Source: an uncultured Pseudomonadota bacterium (GTDB lineage: Bacteria; Oederibacteriota; Muellerivitia; Muellerivitales; Muellerivitaceae). Taken from it: a stretch of DNA of 64,000 nt. The translations under genes and the position numbers were made by a program. How positions within the stretch are numbered: position 1 is the stretch's first letter; each line of letters opens with the position of its first letter. Shown one piece after another: positions 30,758-40,630 of this stretch. The notes beneath the pieces are model-generated. The model was not told the origin of the DNA, made no database searches, and saw only the letters and a list, made by a program, of their open reading frames with translations. The stretch spans positions 96,001 to 160,000 of the forward strand of contig CAWJKT010000004.1 in NCBI GenBank assembly GCA_963843375.1, in the 5' to 3' direction.

Positions 30758-32302
30758 ATGCGTCGGTGGAGAATAATGATTTTCGCGTTGGTGGCCATTG
30801 TGGTCGAGCCATTGGCGGCGTCAGAGAGGGTCCAGACGGACAAAGGCATCGTGGAGGGAACCATCAGCATGGATTCCAAGATTCTCATTTTCAAGGGCAT
30901 TCCCTATGCGGCGCCCCCAGTTGGGAATCTGCGGTGGAAGGCTCCCCAGCCTGTGCCAGCCTGGACTGGCCACCGGAAGGCGACAGAATTCGGGCCCCAT
31001 CCCATGCAAGGACGCATTTTCGACGACATCTACTTCCGCGATGAGGGCCCCAATGAGGACTGTTTGTACCTGAACGTATGGGCGCCCGCAGCTTCCGGTG
31101 CGAAGCTTCCGGTTATGGTATGGATCTATGGCGGCGGTTTCGAGGTCGGAGCCTCGTCCGAACCTCGCCAGGACGGGGAAAACTTGGCCCGGAGGGGCGT
31201 GGTGGTTGTCAGTTTCAACTACCGTCTGGGCATCTTCGGCTTTTTCGCTCATCCGGAACTCTCCAAGGAATCAGGCAGCGGCTCCTCGGGTAATTATGGC
31301 CTATTGGACCAGGTAGCGGCTTTGCGGTGGGTTCAAAAAAACATCGCCGCTTTTGGTGGCGACCCGGATAACGTGACTCTCTTCGGGGAGTCAGCTGGGT
31401 CACTCTCAGTGTCCGCGCTCATGGCGTCGCCGATGGCCCAAGGTCTGTTCCGGCGGGCTATAGGAGAAAGCGGATCCTTTTTCGGAAAATCGCTTGGTTT
31501 GAAGCCGCTCGCGATGGCGGAAGATGATGGCGCCAATTTCGCCGAATTCTTGGGCGCGCCCTCACTCGCTGAACTTCGATCCATGTCAGCGGACGATTTA
31601 CTGAAAGCCGCTTTGAAAACGGACGCGCCCCACTTCTGGCCGGTCATCGACGGGCGCTTCCTGCCTCAGGGAGTTGAAACGGTCTATGCGGAGGGAAAAC
31701 AAAGCCCTATTCCGCTCTTAGCCGGTTGGAACCGAGACGAAGGAAACTTCCAGAACTTTTTCAAGGACGACCCGCCAACTGCTGCGAATTTCACCAAGCG
31801 CGCACGAGAATTATTCGGGGACAAGGCTCAGATCTTTCTCAAACTCTATCCGGGGGGAACCGACGAGCAGGCCAAGCGCTCTGCCCAGGATCTGGCGGGG
31901 GATCAATTCATCGCCTACTCTACCTGGAAATGGATCGAGAGGCAGGCCACCAATTCCCCCGTCTATCGCTATCAGTTCGACCAAGCCCCGCCCGAACCGG
32001 CCCCAGCGGCCCAGCGGGGGGCTTATCACTCAGCTGAAATCGAGTACGTTTTCGGGACTCTGGCTTCGAAGGATCTTCCCTGGCGGCCGGAGGACGAAGA
32101 ACTATCGAACCTCATGTCTGCCTATTGGACTAATTTTGCGAAGACTGGCAATCCCAACGGCCCGGGCTTGCCCCCCTGGCCGGCCTATGATGCCAAGGAC
32201 CGGTACCAAGTCATGCACCTGGGTGCCGAGTCGCACGCCGAAGAGGATAAACACCGAGAACGGTATCAATTCCTAGATGGCTTGTTGCCGTCTTCACCTT
32301 AG
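30758..32302 (+). CDS. Type B carboxylesterase (para-nitrobenzyl esterase-like), secreted
   Basis: FKGIPYAAPPVG.LRW, EDCLYLNVW, GGGF, GESAG nucleophile elbow, AYHSAEI. Confidence 0.93.
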   Translation: MRRWRIMIFALVAIVVEPLAASERVQTDKGIVEGTISMDSKILIFKGIPYAAPPVGNLRWKAPQPVPAWTGHRKATEFGPHPMQGRIFDDIYFRDEGPNEDCLYLNVWAPAASGAKLPVMVWIYGGGFEVGASSEPRQDGENLARRGVVVVSFNYRLGIFGFFAHPELSKESGSGSSGNYGLLDQVAALRWVQKNIAAFGGDPDNVTLFGESAGSLSVSALMASPMAQGLFRRAIGESGSFFGKSLGLKPLAMAEDDGANFAEFLGAPSLAELRSMSADDLLKAALKTDAPHFWPVIDGRFLPQGVETVYAEGKQSPIPLLAGWNRDEGNFQNFFKDDPPTAANFTKRARELFGDKAQIFLKLYPGGTDEQAKRSAQDLAGDQFIAYSTWKWIERQATNSPVYRYQFDQAPPEPAPAAQRGAYHSAEIEYVFGTLASKDLPWRPEDEELSNLMSAYWTNFAKTGNPNGPGLPPWPAYDAKDRYQVMHLGAESHAEEDKHRERYQFLDGLLPSSP

Positions 32303-32512
32303 CTGGAAGCGCCCGAAACAAAAAATATGCACTTACCTTTAAAATTGAAACCCAACCCGAATTCCTTTTGATGAATTATGATGGCTTTTATGAATCTTCC
32401 TTGGCGGATGAGTTCACCGTTTAAATATTGGATTCCTGGCTTGAAGTGGAACCGCCGGGGAAATAAACAAAAAAACGGAGTGAAGGAGACTGGCTTTGAG
32501 AGGAGTTAAGAA

Positions 32513-32935
32513 ATGAAATTAACAGCTAAAGACAAAAAGCTAATCGAAGAAGCCAAAAAAATCATTGCCAAATCCCAGCCGGTTAAATTAAAGGATACGA
32601 GCGATGTCGGAGCCGCGCTTTTCACCTCAAAGGGAAATCTTTATCGCGGTGTATGTGTTGGCTTCCATTGCGGAATCGATTCTTGTGGGGAATACCAGGC
32701 CATCGGTTCGATGATTTCCAATGGCGAAAAAGAAATCCGAACTATTGTCGCCGTTAAGCTTGATGCAAAATCAAATAAACACCGGGTCATCCCTCCCTGC
32801 GGGAAATGCAGAGAAATGATTTGGCAGGCCTGCAAAAAAAATCACCATACCGAAGTCATAGTGTCCGAATCGAAAAAAGTTAAACTGAAGAAACTGCTTC
32901 CCCATGCTTGGGGCGGTTCTATCGAAAGAGAATAG
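32513..32935 (+). CDS. Cytidine deaminase family protein (three-Cys zinc type)
   Basis: VGAAL, CGE, PPCGKCRE, LLP. Confidence 0.8.
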   Translation: MKLTAKDKKLIEEAKKIIAKSQPVKLKDTSDVGAALFTSKGNLYRGVCVGFHCGIDSCGEYQAIGSMISNGEKEIRTIVAVKLDAKSNKHRVIPPCGKCREMIWQACKKNHHTEVIVSESKKVKLKKLLPHAWGGSIERE

Positions 32936-33084
32936 GCGGCCTAGCTTGTGGGTAGCCGAATTTGATCCACTTCTTAAAAGTTCGCAATGGACTTTGCCCA
33001 TGACGAGGAGGTGAATTGGACAATCGTAAAAAAAGTAATCTTGTTTTGAATTTTAACTGTAACCGTGCGATGGAGGAAGGTTTT

Positions 33085-33753
33085 ATGATCCGTATTTTTG
33101 TTACATTATCCCTCGTTACGTTTTTTGTTTTTGGTTGTGTTTCCGTCAACTACACCAAGTTAGGCAATAACGATTACAACCCCATAGAGCCTTCCACCGT
33201 CATCGTTTATATGGACCCTTCCGATGTTCCCGTTAAATTTGAAAAAATTGGTTTGTTGAATTCCACGGGAAGTTCCACCTTTACGAATGAGAAATCCCTA
33301 ATCGACGCCATGAAGGAAAAGGCCGGTCAAATGGGGGCGGATGCGATAATTTTGGGGACTATGGAGGACGCGGACTGGTTTCAAAAAGCCGTTGGGGCTT
33401 ACTTGAATGTTCCGACAAAAAGGCACGGCCAAGCGTTGGCAATCCGGTTCTTAAATCCTCTGGGCGCCTATGGAAGTGGTCCTTCGGGCAGTTCGCCGAG
33501 TTCCACTATTCCTATTTACATCAGCACGGATGGGACACGCGAAGTCAAAATATTTAATAGCCAGGCTTTCCTTTACGACATGGTTCCCGTTGACAACAAC
33601 CATCGAGCGACTTTTCTTTCCGATAACGTAAAACTAGTAAAGTTCTTACCCGATCTCAATGGTAATCCCCCCCAGGTGTGGACTTTGCTGAACGATGGAA
33701 ACACCCAGATTTTTGATTCGAAAGGCAACCCAATGAAGGGTTCAGGAAATTAA
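33085..33753 (+). CDS. Hypothetical lipoprotein
   Basis: Lipobox VFGC, KAGQMGADAII motif, Ser/Gly linker and a second domain. Confidence 0.65.
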   Translation: MIRIFVTLSLVTFFVFGCVSVNYTKLGNNDYNPIEPSTVIVYMDPSDVPVKFEKIGLLNSTGSSTFTNEKSLIDAMKEKAGQMGADAIILGTMEDADWFQKAVGAYLNVPTKRHGQALAIRFLNPLGAYGSGPSGSSPSSTIPIYISTDGTREVKIFNSQAFLYDMVPVDNNHRATFLSDNVKLVKFLPDLNGNPPQVWTLLNDGNTQIFDSKGNPMKGSGN

Positions 33754-33764
33754 AATAAATCGTT

Positions 33765-36371
33765 TTATCGAACCAACAAAATCCTTGTCTGGTGGACACC
33801 GGTCGGCTCGACTAGCCGAATGATATAGGTGCCGCTGGCTACCTCATCTTCGTACTTATTTTTTCCGTCCCAGGTGACCTGAAAGGATCCCGCTGGCTGG
33901 TTAGAATTGTTTAATAGGGTCCGGATATATTCCCCCGCAGTGTTGTAAATCATTACCGAACAGGCGCCCGGATAACAAAGGAAGGCGTTTAAAGTCAAGG
34001 CTTGGTTGGTTTGGGGGGTGAAGAGGTTCAGCGAAACGGAAAGAACGCTTTGGCAAATGGGTGTGGGGCTGGAAGAGGGTGTAAAGGTAACGGTTGGCGT
34101 GGCAGTGATGGTGGGAGTCGGCGTATTCACTGCGAACTTGGTGACGAAAGCGTCCTCGGCCCCGCCCTCGTAATTCATTTGGAAGGCCCCGGACGTGGTC
34201 GGAAAGTTTCCGGTGGAAAATCCGGTTAGATAAATGTTCCCAATAGAGTCCAAGGCAACTTTGAAACTGGAGTCGCCCCCCGAACCACCCAGGTAGGTCG
34301 AATAGACCAAGGCCGTTCCCTGCGGATTGAGAATGGCCATGAATCCGTCTGAGGCCCCGCCTCCGTAAACCGTCTGATAGGCTCCAGCAGTGGTCGGGAA
34401 GGCACCCGCAGTGTCACCGGTAGCATAGGCGTTTCCAGAACCGTCCACGGCGATGCCGCCGCCATGGGTATTGCCTATGCCTCCCAAATAGGTCGAATAA
34501 ATGAGGGCCGTCCCAGTGGGGTTCAATTTGGTTACGAAGGCATCCCCAATGTCACCGGGGTAGGCTGTCTCCAAGGATCCGGCGGTGGTGGGGAAATTTC
34601 CACCGGTGGAGCCGATGACATAAGCGTCTCCCGTGGCGTCTAAGGCAATGCCATAAGCTGCATCATTGTTGTTTTCCCCTACGTATGTCGCGTAGACCAG
34701 GGCGCTTCCGGCCGGATTCAACTCGGTGACAAAAACGTCCCAACTGCTCGTGGCTCCATAAACGGTTTGATAGGCTCCCGGTGTGACCGGGTAGTTCGGA
34801 CTGGTCGTGGCCCCTGTGATAAAGGCGTTTCCTGCGGCGTTTACGGCAATGGCTTCCGCCATATCGTTTCCGCTTCCGCCCACATAGGTTGAATAAAGCA
34901 GAGAGCTTCCAGTGGGGTTCAATTTGGTCACAAAGGAGTTCCCCGCTCCCGAGAGCAGGGTGGTTTGAAATGCCCCAGGAGTCACCGGAAAATTGGTGGA
35001 AGAGGTATGACCCGTGGCATAAGCGTTTCCCGCTCCATCCACCATGATACCGTTACCTTGATCCTCGCCGTTTCCTCCCAGGTACGTCGAATAAACCAGG
35101 GTGCTTCCGGAAGGATTCAATTTGGCCATAAAGGCGTTTGAGCCCCCTCCGCCATAAACCGTTTGATAGGCTCCGCCCGTGATGGGGAAGTTGAGGCTGT
35201 CCGTTTCGCCCGTCACATAGGCGTTCCCAGCGCCATCGATGGCGATGCCAAAACCCCCATCCTCTCCGTTTCCTCCGATATAGGTGGAGTAAACCGCGGC
35301 GCTTCCCGTGGGATTTATTTTCGTCACGAAGGTGTTGGAAATTCCGCCCCCGAAAGTGGTTTGAAAGGCACCGCCTGTGGCGGGAAAATTGGGGCTGTCG
35401 GTTGTCCCAGTGACATAAGCGTTGCCCAGAGCGTCGGCCACGATATCCATGCCGTTATCCTCCCCACTGCCTCCCAGGTAGGTGGAATAAGACAGGATTG
35501 GATCGATTACAAGGGGTTTGGCCTGGTCGTAATGGGGGACCTCAAAGCCCGCCTCGTTCGGGCCTAACCTCACGAATCTTCCTTCGACTTTCGTTTTTTC
35601 GTTTTCTTCACCCTGGTAAACCGCCGGAACTTCAAGGGTGAGCCTACCGGATTTGGTTTGGAGCGCCAAACCGCCCCCCGCGCCAGCCTTTACGATTACC
35701 CCGCCGGAGAATTTAAGCCGGATGGCGTTGGGATCCGCCCCCGGTTTCATTAAGAAGTCGTACTCCAGCTTTCCTTGGTCGCCGTAATAGACCATATCGA
35801 TGCCGGGATAAAGGCCCTCAATTTTGATCCGAGAATATTGGGGCAAGTCTCTTCGCCATTGGTCCGGGTTATTGCCGATAAAATAGTTTGATCGACTTTT
35901 CAGTTCCTCTAGCCCCTCCATGCGGCACAAGCGGTTTCCGCCTTGAAAGCGCATCCGAATGATATCGGGGGGGGAAGTTCTCAAACGGGGGCTGGTAGGC
36001 GGGTTCTGATTCGCAATTGAATCGAGAAGGGAAGCGGAGCGAAAAGAGAAAACGGCCTCCGCCGGAGTCAAGAACAGATGATAACTCTGGCCCTTGGCAA
36101 GGAACCGCACCGAGGGATCAGTTTGTCCCTCGTTTTTCTCAAAGCTCATCGGCAAGCTGTCATAGGCCCGGAAAATTTTCTGTCGGGTCTGGGTGTAGGG
36201 CTTGAATGTCCAAGTTTGGGGAATGGGGGACGAGGAACCCAGTGGGTGGTCCAGGGAAAAAGCAAGCAAACCGACGAGGTAGACCAGAAACAAGGACAGC
36301 AGGCAGCATCCTAAAAGTTGGAAAGGTTTGTGGGGAGTCCTTAGAAAAAAGGGGGTTACGTCCTGTGGCAT
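33765..36371 (-). CDS. Secreted SBBP beta-propeller repeat protein with TP linker and FlgD-Ig-like C-terminal domain
   Basis: FEKNEGQ, LYPGID..LEYDF N-domain, about 7 YSTYLGGSG.D.G.GIAVD..GNAYVTG.T repeats, TPTPT, IYNTAGEYIRTL..WDGKN..VASGTYI. Confidence 0.88.
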   Translation of the reverse strand: MPQDVTPFFLRTPHKPFQLLGCCLLSLFLVYLVGLLAFSLDHPLGSSSPIPQTWTFKPYTQTRQKIFRAYDSLPMSFEKNEGQTDPSVRFLAKGQSYHLFLTPAEAVFSFRSASLLDSIANQNPPTSPRLRTSPPDIIRMRFQGGNRLCRMEGLEELKSRSNYFIGNNPDQWRRDLPQYSRIKIEGLYPGIDMVYYGDQGKLEYDFLMKPGADPNAIRLKFSGGVIVKAGAGGGLALQTKSGRLTLEVPAVYQGEENEKTKVEGRFVRLGPNEAGFEVPHYDQAKPLVIDPILSYSTYLGGSGEDNGMDIVADALGNAYVTGTTDSPNFPATGGAFQTTFGGGISNTFVTKINPTGSAAVYSTYIGGNGEDGGFGIAIDGAGNAYVTGETDSLNFPITGGAYQTVYGGGGSNAFMAKLNPSGSTLVYSTYLGGNGEDQGNGIMVDGAGNAYATGHTSSTNFPVTPGAFQTTLLSGAGNSFVTKLNPTGSSLLYSTYVGGSGNDMAEAIAVNAAGNAFITGATTSPNYPVTPGAYQTVYGATSSWDVFVTELNPAGSALVYATYVGENNNDAAYGIALDATGDAYVIGSTGGNFPTTAGSLETAYPGDIGDAFVTKLNPTGTALIYSTYLGGIGNTHGGGIAVDGSGNAYATGDTAGAFPTTAGAYQTVYGGGASDGFMAILNPQGTALVYSTYLGGSGGDSSFKVALDSIGNIYLTGFSTGNFPTTSGAFQMNYEGGAEDAFVTKFAVNTPTPTITATPTVTFTPSSSPTPICQSVLSVSLNLFTPQTNQALTLNAFLCYPGACSVMIYNTAGEYIRTLLNNSNQPAGSFQVTWDGKNKYEDEVASGTYIIRLVEPTGVHQTRILLVR

Positions 36372-36444
36372 TCAAATATCCTTGCAGGGAATAAATGAAA
36401 AAAATAGCGCTTTCAAAAAATATAGAGCCCAGTATAGCATTCAC

Positions 36445-38346
36445 TTATTTGACCATGAATTTCAAATCCTTTACCAGCATCCGGCCCGAACCCTGACTTT
36501 GGGGAAGGTAAAACTCCACATCCTGTAATGCCTGTAGGTCCAAAATGTTATTTCCGTGTTGGTTACCCCAGACCGTGCGGCGCTCCAGTTCCGAAAGGTC
36601 CACCCGGTAATCCTCCCATTTGCCAGTGCCGGTGAAGGGGGGGAAAGAGTAGGATTCGCCGTCCGCTCCGTTCTTTCCATCGTATTGGGCTTGGCCAGGT
36701 GCAGCGCTTCCCGATTCGCTCATATAAATGGTGAAGCTGAGATTCTTGGGAACGAAAGCTTTAAACTGGAAAAAGTTATAGCCCCGCAAGTCAACGGTGC
36801 CGCCATCGCCCAACGGCAGGACATTGCAAGCCATCGAAGCCCCACAGCCCCAGCCGGTTCCGGTTTCGTAATCCAAAGCGATGACGCCGGTCGTCGTATT
36901 TGCGACCGCCTTTCCGCCCGTGGCGGCATCACCCCAGGTATCCACATGGGCGCTATTGTCGATTCTCAGGAAATTCCTTGTCGAAGGAACATTTACCCCC
37001 GCATCGGCTTTGCGGTAATCCGCCCCCAAGTTTTCCTTAAATTCCGTGGGCAAAGGAACCAGGGACTTCAGATGGAGGGGCGCCGCGACTAAATTCAATT
37101 TCGCGTGTTCCTGGGTAATAAGAGGATAGGCATGGTCGGTAATGTCCACCAAGCCGTAATCGCAGTCCTCGCCGTCGAAGCGTCCCTCGGGGGACTCGTC
37201 GGCCCACTCGTACCAATGCAGGCCCACGACATATGGGAGGCTCAGCAGCTGCCGGGCGAAGTTATCCAAATGAACAGCCCTTTCCTTTTGGGTGGGGACG
37301 ATTACATCGGCGCCGTGGGTGTTGGGGTCGCCGCTTTGGTTTTCCATTGCGCTGAAGGAATATTCCGAAATAAGGATGGGCTTTTTGGTCTGGGCGTAAA
37401 AATCATCCAGAAGTGCTTGGTTGATATTGCCCGACTTCTCATAGGTGTTCACCGAAACTACGTCGCAATAGTTGGCGCAGGCTTCCACCGCCTCCCAGGG
37501 GCTTTCTCCGGCGAAGCGGACGCCCAGGATCAAATGGTTCGGGTCCACCGCCTTGAGGGCTTGGGTGGTCACCGAGAAATAACGGTCGGCCACCACGCCC
37601 ACCCAGGCTTCGGCGTCGGCCTTTTGCCTTTTGGTTTTGGCTGACAGGGTCACGGGTGCGTCCAGACCCTCAAAAGATTGAAGCTGGAGGCCCCAAGCCT
37701 CATCGAACTTCTGAACGTCTTGGTCGTAACGTTCCTCAAAAAATTTTTCCAAGGCTTGCTTGTTGGCGTCGTCCAGGCCCTTGAGAGCGTATTTCTCAAG
37801 CAGGGTTTTTTGACCGTCAGCATGCCAGCCCACATCCCCCCACCATGGCAATTCGTTATCCAGGAAATAGCCGATCAGGAAAGGGTCGTTTTTATACTTG
37901 GCGGCTTTTTGCGCGTTCTCTTTCGCGCGGGCGACGAAATCATCCGTGAATACGGACAAGAGCACTTCATCCCAGGGATTCCCGCGCCCTAGGTAAAGCA
38001 TATAGGTGTATGGAAACTTCTGGCCCAGCAAGGCCTCGTCCGCCCAAGAGCCGATGGTGTTGAAATGCCACCTTCTCAATCGGGTGAAGACCCCTTTTAG
38101 CCATGTTTTCTTATTGCCGTCATATTGGTTTTTAACGGGATTGTAGTAATGGTCGTTAGGCGCCCGGTAGGACTGGTCTCCGATAGCGTTCACTCCCATG
38201 GAAAGGAAGGGCTTGCCTGATGGAGTCGTAAACCAGGCTTTGCCCTCTTTCCAATCCACCGTGAAAAATGGCTGGGTTTTCGCCTGCAGGGGGGGCAACG
38301 GAAGAGGTGAAAGGGCAAAAAGTAAAAAGAAAGTTAAAAACTTCAT
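36445..38346 (-). CDS. Secreted clan GH-A glycoside hydrolase (GH50/GH42-like) with C-terminal carbohydrate-binding-like domain
   Basis: GKPFLSMGVN, W.FNTIGSW, DPFLIGYFLDNEL, VDPNHLILGVRF, KPILISEY, VGLHWYEWAD. Confidence 0.8.
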   Translation of the reverse strand: MKFLTFFLLFALSPLPLPPLQAKTQPFFTVDWKEGKAWFTTPSGKPFLSMGVNAIGDQSYRAPNDHYYNPVKNQYDGNKKTWLKGVFTRLRRWHFNTIGSWADEALLGQKFPYTYMLYLGRGNPWDEVLLSVFTDDFVARAKENAQKAAKYKNDPFLIGYFLDNELPWWGDVGWHADGQKTLLEKYALKGLDDANKQALEKFFEERYDQDVQKFDEAWGLQLQSFEGLDAPVTLSAKTKRQKADAEAWVGVVADRYFSVTTQALKAVDPNHLILGVRFAGESPWEAVEACANYCDVVSVNTYEKSGNINQALLDDFYAQTKKPILISEYSFSAMENQSGDPNTHGADVIVPTQKERAVHLDNFARQLLSLPYVVGLHWYEWADESPEGRFDGEDCDYGLVDITDHAYPLITQEHAKLNLVAAPLHLKSLVPLPTEFKENLGADYRKADAGVNVPSTRNFLRIDNSAHVDTWGDAATGGKAVANTTTGVIALDYETGTGWGCGASMACNVLPLGDGGTVDLRGYNFFQFKAFVPKNLSFTIYMSESGSAAPGQAQYDGKNGADGESYSFPPFTGTGKWEDYRVDLSELERRTVWGNQHGNNILDLQALQDVEFYLPQSQGSGRMLVKDLKFMVK

Positions 38347-38627
38347 AATCCAAGGGCCTCCGAGATGTGTAAATCTTCCAAATAGTATAGTCCTCGAAGG
38401 TTTAAATAGAAAAACCCGGAAGATCGATTTTAGCAAGTTGACGATGTTGGAACCCCTGGAGATAATGTGCCGATTTTCCATCAATCGTTCTTGTATGGAA
38501 ATCGGCACTATACTGATCTCCTTGAAAAATATTCATTTGTTAGGTGGATCAGCAAGTGCCTTCTTCCGGACCGCCACATTATTTCAGGCTTGTTAAGACG
38601 CCGGAATCAAATTAAGGAGATGAAACG

Positions 38628-39293
38628 ATGAAGAAGTTATTTACCGCTGCTGTCAGCCTGTTGTTGCTGTTCGCTGCTCCTCTTTTCGCCGATGACCAAG
38701 CCGCTGCTCCAGCTCCAGCGGCTGCACCCGCAGCCGGAACCCCGATGAAAGCCAAAAAAGCGGGTGGGGACGAAGCCGGTGTCAAAACCGCTTTTAGTAA
38801 ATTCTCGGAGGCATGGACTAACGGGGACGCCAAAGCTCGCGCGGCCTGTTTCACCTCGGATGCCACCCTCATCAATCCTTTCGGTGTGGCGGCCAATGGC
38901 CGGGCGGAGATCGAGAAGCTTTTCGAGGATGAAAACCAAACGATCGCCAAAGGCACCACGCAAACATTCGACAACTTCAAAATTCATTTCGTGATGTCCA
39001 ATTTTGCCCTGGTGGATTGCGATGGAACTATTTCGGGAATCAAGACCCCGGCAGGCACCGACGCGCCGGACGTGAAAGTGCATGTGTACGGTGTCGTCGT
39101 CAACCGAGGCAAGAGCTGGCAGATGTTCGCAGCCCGTCCGTCGATTTACGCGGCAATGCCCGGTGCAGCTTCCGCCGATATGGCTTCCCCGGCCGCCGCG
39201 GCTCCTGATGCAGCCGCTCCAGCCGGCACTCCTAACGCGGCCCCGCCAGCCGCTCCCCCGGATTCAACGACTCCACCCTCGGCCGCTAAATAA
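38628..39293 (+). CDS. Secreted NTF2-like (SgcJ/EcaC, DUF4440) protein with Ala/Pro-rich tails
   Basis: EAWTNGDAKARAACFTSDATLINPFG..GRAEI. RBS AAGGAG. Confidence 0.8.
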   Translation: MKKLFTAAVSLLLLFAAPLFADDQAAAPAPAAAPAAGTPMKAKKAGGDEAGVKTAFSKFSEAWTNGDAKARAACFTSDATLINPFGVAANGRAEIEKLFEDENQTIAKGTTQTFDNFKIHFVMSNFALVDCDGTISGIKTPAGTDAPDVKVHVYGVVVNRGKSWQMFAARPSIYAAMPGAASADMASPAAAAPDAAAPAGTPNAAPPAAPPDSTTPPSAAK

Positions 39294-39342
39294 ATTAAAC
39301 AAAACGGACGAATAAAAGCCAACCAGTTGATGGGAATTTTTC

Positions 39343-39380
39343 AAAGCCTTCCTCCCCTTTGGGGGAAGGCTTTTTTATTT
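39343..39380 (+). terminator. Intrinsic terminator
   Basis: AAAGCCTTCCTCCCC-TTT-GGGGGAAGGCTTT followed by a T run. Confidence 0.8.
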
Positions 39381-39428
39381 TCCAAAAAAAGAAGATAATC
39401 GTTTTTCATTCCAGTTCGGGGGGGCTCG

Positions 39429-40553
39429 GTGGGAAGCAAGCGGATCATCATCGTGGGCGGTGGCCTTATTGGACTTTCCATCGCCGAGCATTGCCTTCGC
39501 AAAGGCCTTCAGCCGGTGGTTCTGGACAAGGGGCCTTTCGGGAAAGAGGCCTCCTGGGCGGGTGCGGGCTATTTGGACTTGAGGGACGCCTCCCGCCTTG
39601 GCGGGGACTTCCTGGAACTTTCTCGCTTTTCCTACAGCCTCTTTCCTGAATGGACGGATCGCTTGAAGAAGGAAAGCGGAATCGACCCCGAATTTCATCT
39701 TTGCGGCAGCCTGGGCTTGGTCTTCAACCCGGAAGAAGAAACGGCGATCCGCAAAATCGAATCCCAAACCACTTCAAACGGCCTCAAGAGTGAATGGCTT
39801 TCTCCCGCCGATGCGCGCCGGAAGGAATCCCATCTTTCGGACAAACTCCAATTAGCTTGGTACCTTCCCCAAACCTGCCAAGTGCGTCCTCCGCGACTGG
39901 TCCAAGCTTTACTTAAGGTGCTCGAAAAGGGAAAGGCCATTCTTCGGGAAGGGGAGGAGGTTCGGGGATTCATAAGGCAAGGTTCCCGGATTATCGGGGT
40001 GGAGACTACGGACGCGAAATATGAAGCCGAGCAGGTTTTGCTAGCTGGGGGCGCCTGGACGGGGGGGCTCCTGGACATTCTGGGGATTTCCATTCCTATG
40101 AGGCCCGTCCGGGGGCAGGTGGTCCTGTTTAAAGCTGAACCCGGTTTGTTAAGGCATGTGCTTTTCTCCTCCACTGCTTACTTGGTTCCCCGGCTGGACG
40201 GGCATGTGTATGTCGGAAGCACTTTAGAAGAAGCGGGATTCGATAAATCCGTCACGAAAGAGGCCATCTCGAACTTGACGCAAGGGGCCTACCGGGCCCT
40301 GCCGCCACTGGAAAAAGCTACGGTGGAAGCCACCTGGGCGGGTTTGAGGCCCAAAGCCGTGGATGACAAACCCACATTAGGGCTTGTTCCGGGCCTGGAA
40401 AACCTCTGGATCGCGTCGGGACACTATACTCACGGCATTCTTCTCTCGGCGGCTACCGGCTATTTGATGGCCCAAGCCCTGACGGGGGGAGGCACCAAAA
40501 TTCCCTTGGAGTCTTTCCGATTGGACCGTGCGCCTTATGCGCCGATGGGATGA
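39429..40553 (+). CDS. thiO: Glycine oxidase ThiO
   Basis: IVGGGLIG, EASWAGAG, QVRPPRL, PVRGQ, YLVPR.DG, WAGLRP, GHYTHGILL. Confidence 0.82.
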   Translation: MGSKRIIIVGGGLIGLSIAEHCLRKGLQPVVLDKGPFGKEASWAGAGYLDLRDASRLGGDFLELSRFSYSLFPEWTDRLKKESGIDPEFHLCGSLGLVFNPEEETAIRKIESQTTSNGLKSEWLSPADARRKESHLSDKLQLAWYLPQTCQVRPPRLVQALLKVLEKGKAILREGEEVRGFIRQGSRIIGVETTDAKYEAEQVLLAGGAWTGGLLDILGISIPMRPVRGQVVLFKAEPGLLRHVLFSSTAYLVPRLDGHVYVGSTLEEAGFDKSVTKEAISNLTQGAYRALPPLEKATVEATWAGLRPKAVDDKPTLGLVPGLENLWIASGHYTHGILLSAATGYLMAQALTGGGTKIPLESFRLDRAPYAPMG

Positions 40554-40630
40554 GATTGATTCGATGCCTTTTCAGGCCGGAATGCTTTTATAATATCGCC
40601 GTTCAATTTCAGCTCACGTGAAGGAAATTC

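Noticed and set aside
26578..33753. Run of short co-oriented genes resembling an integron cassette array
   Set aside because: No attC-like RYYYAAC...GTTRRRY inverted repeats recognised in the spacers and no integrase.
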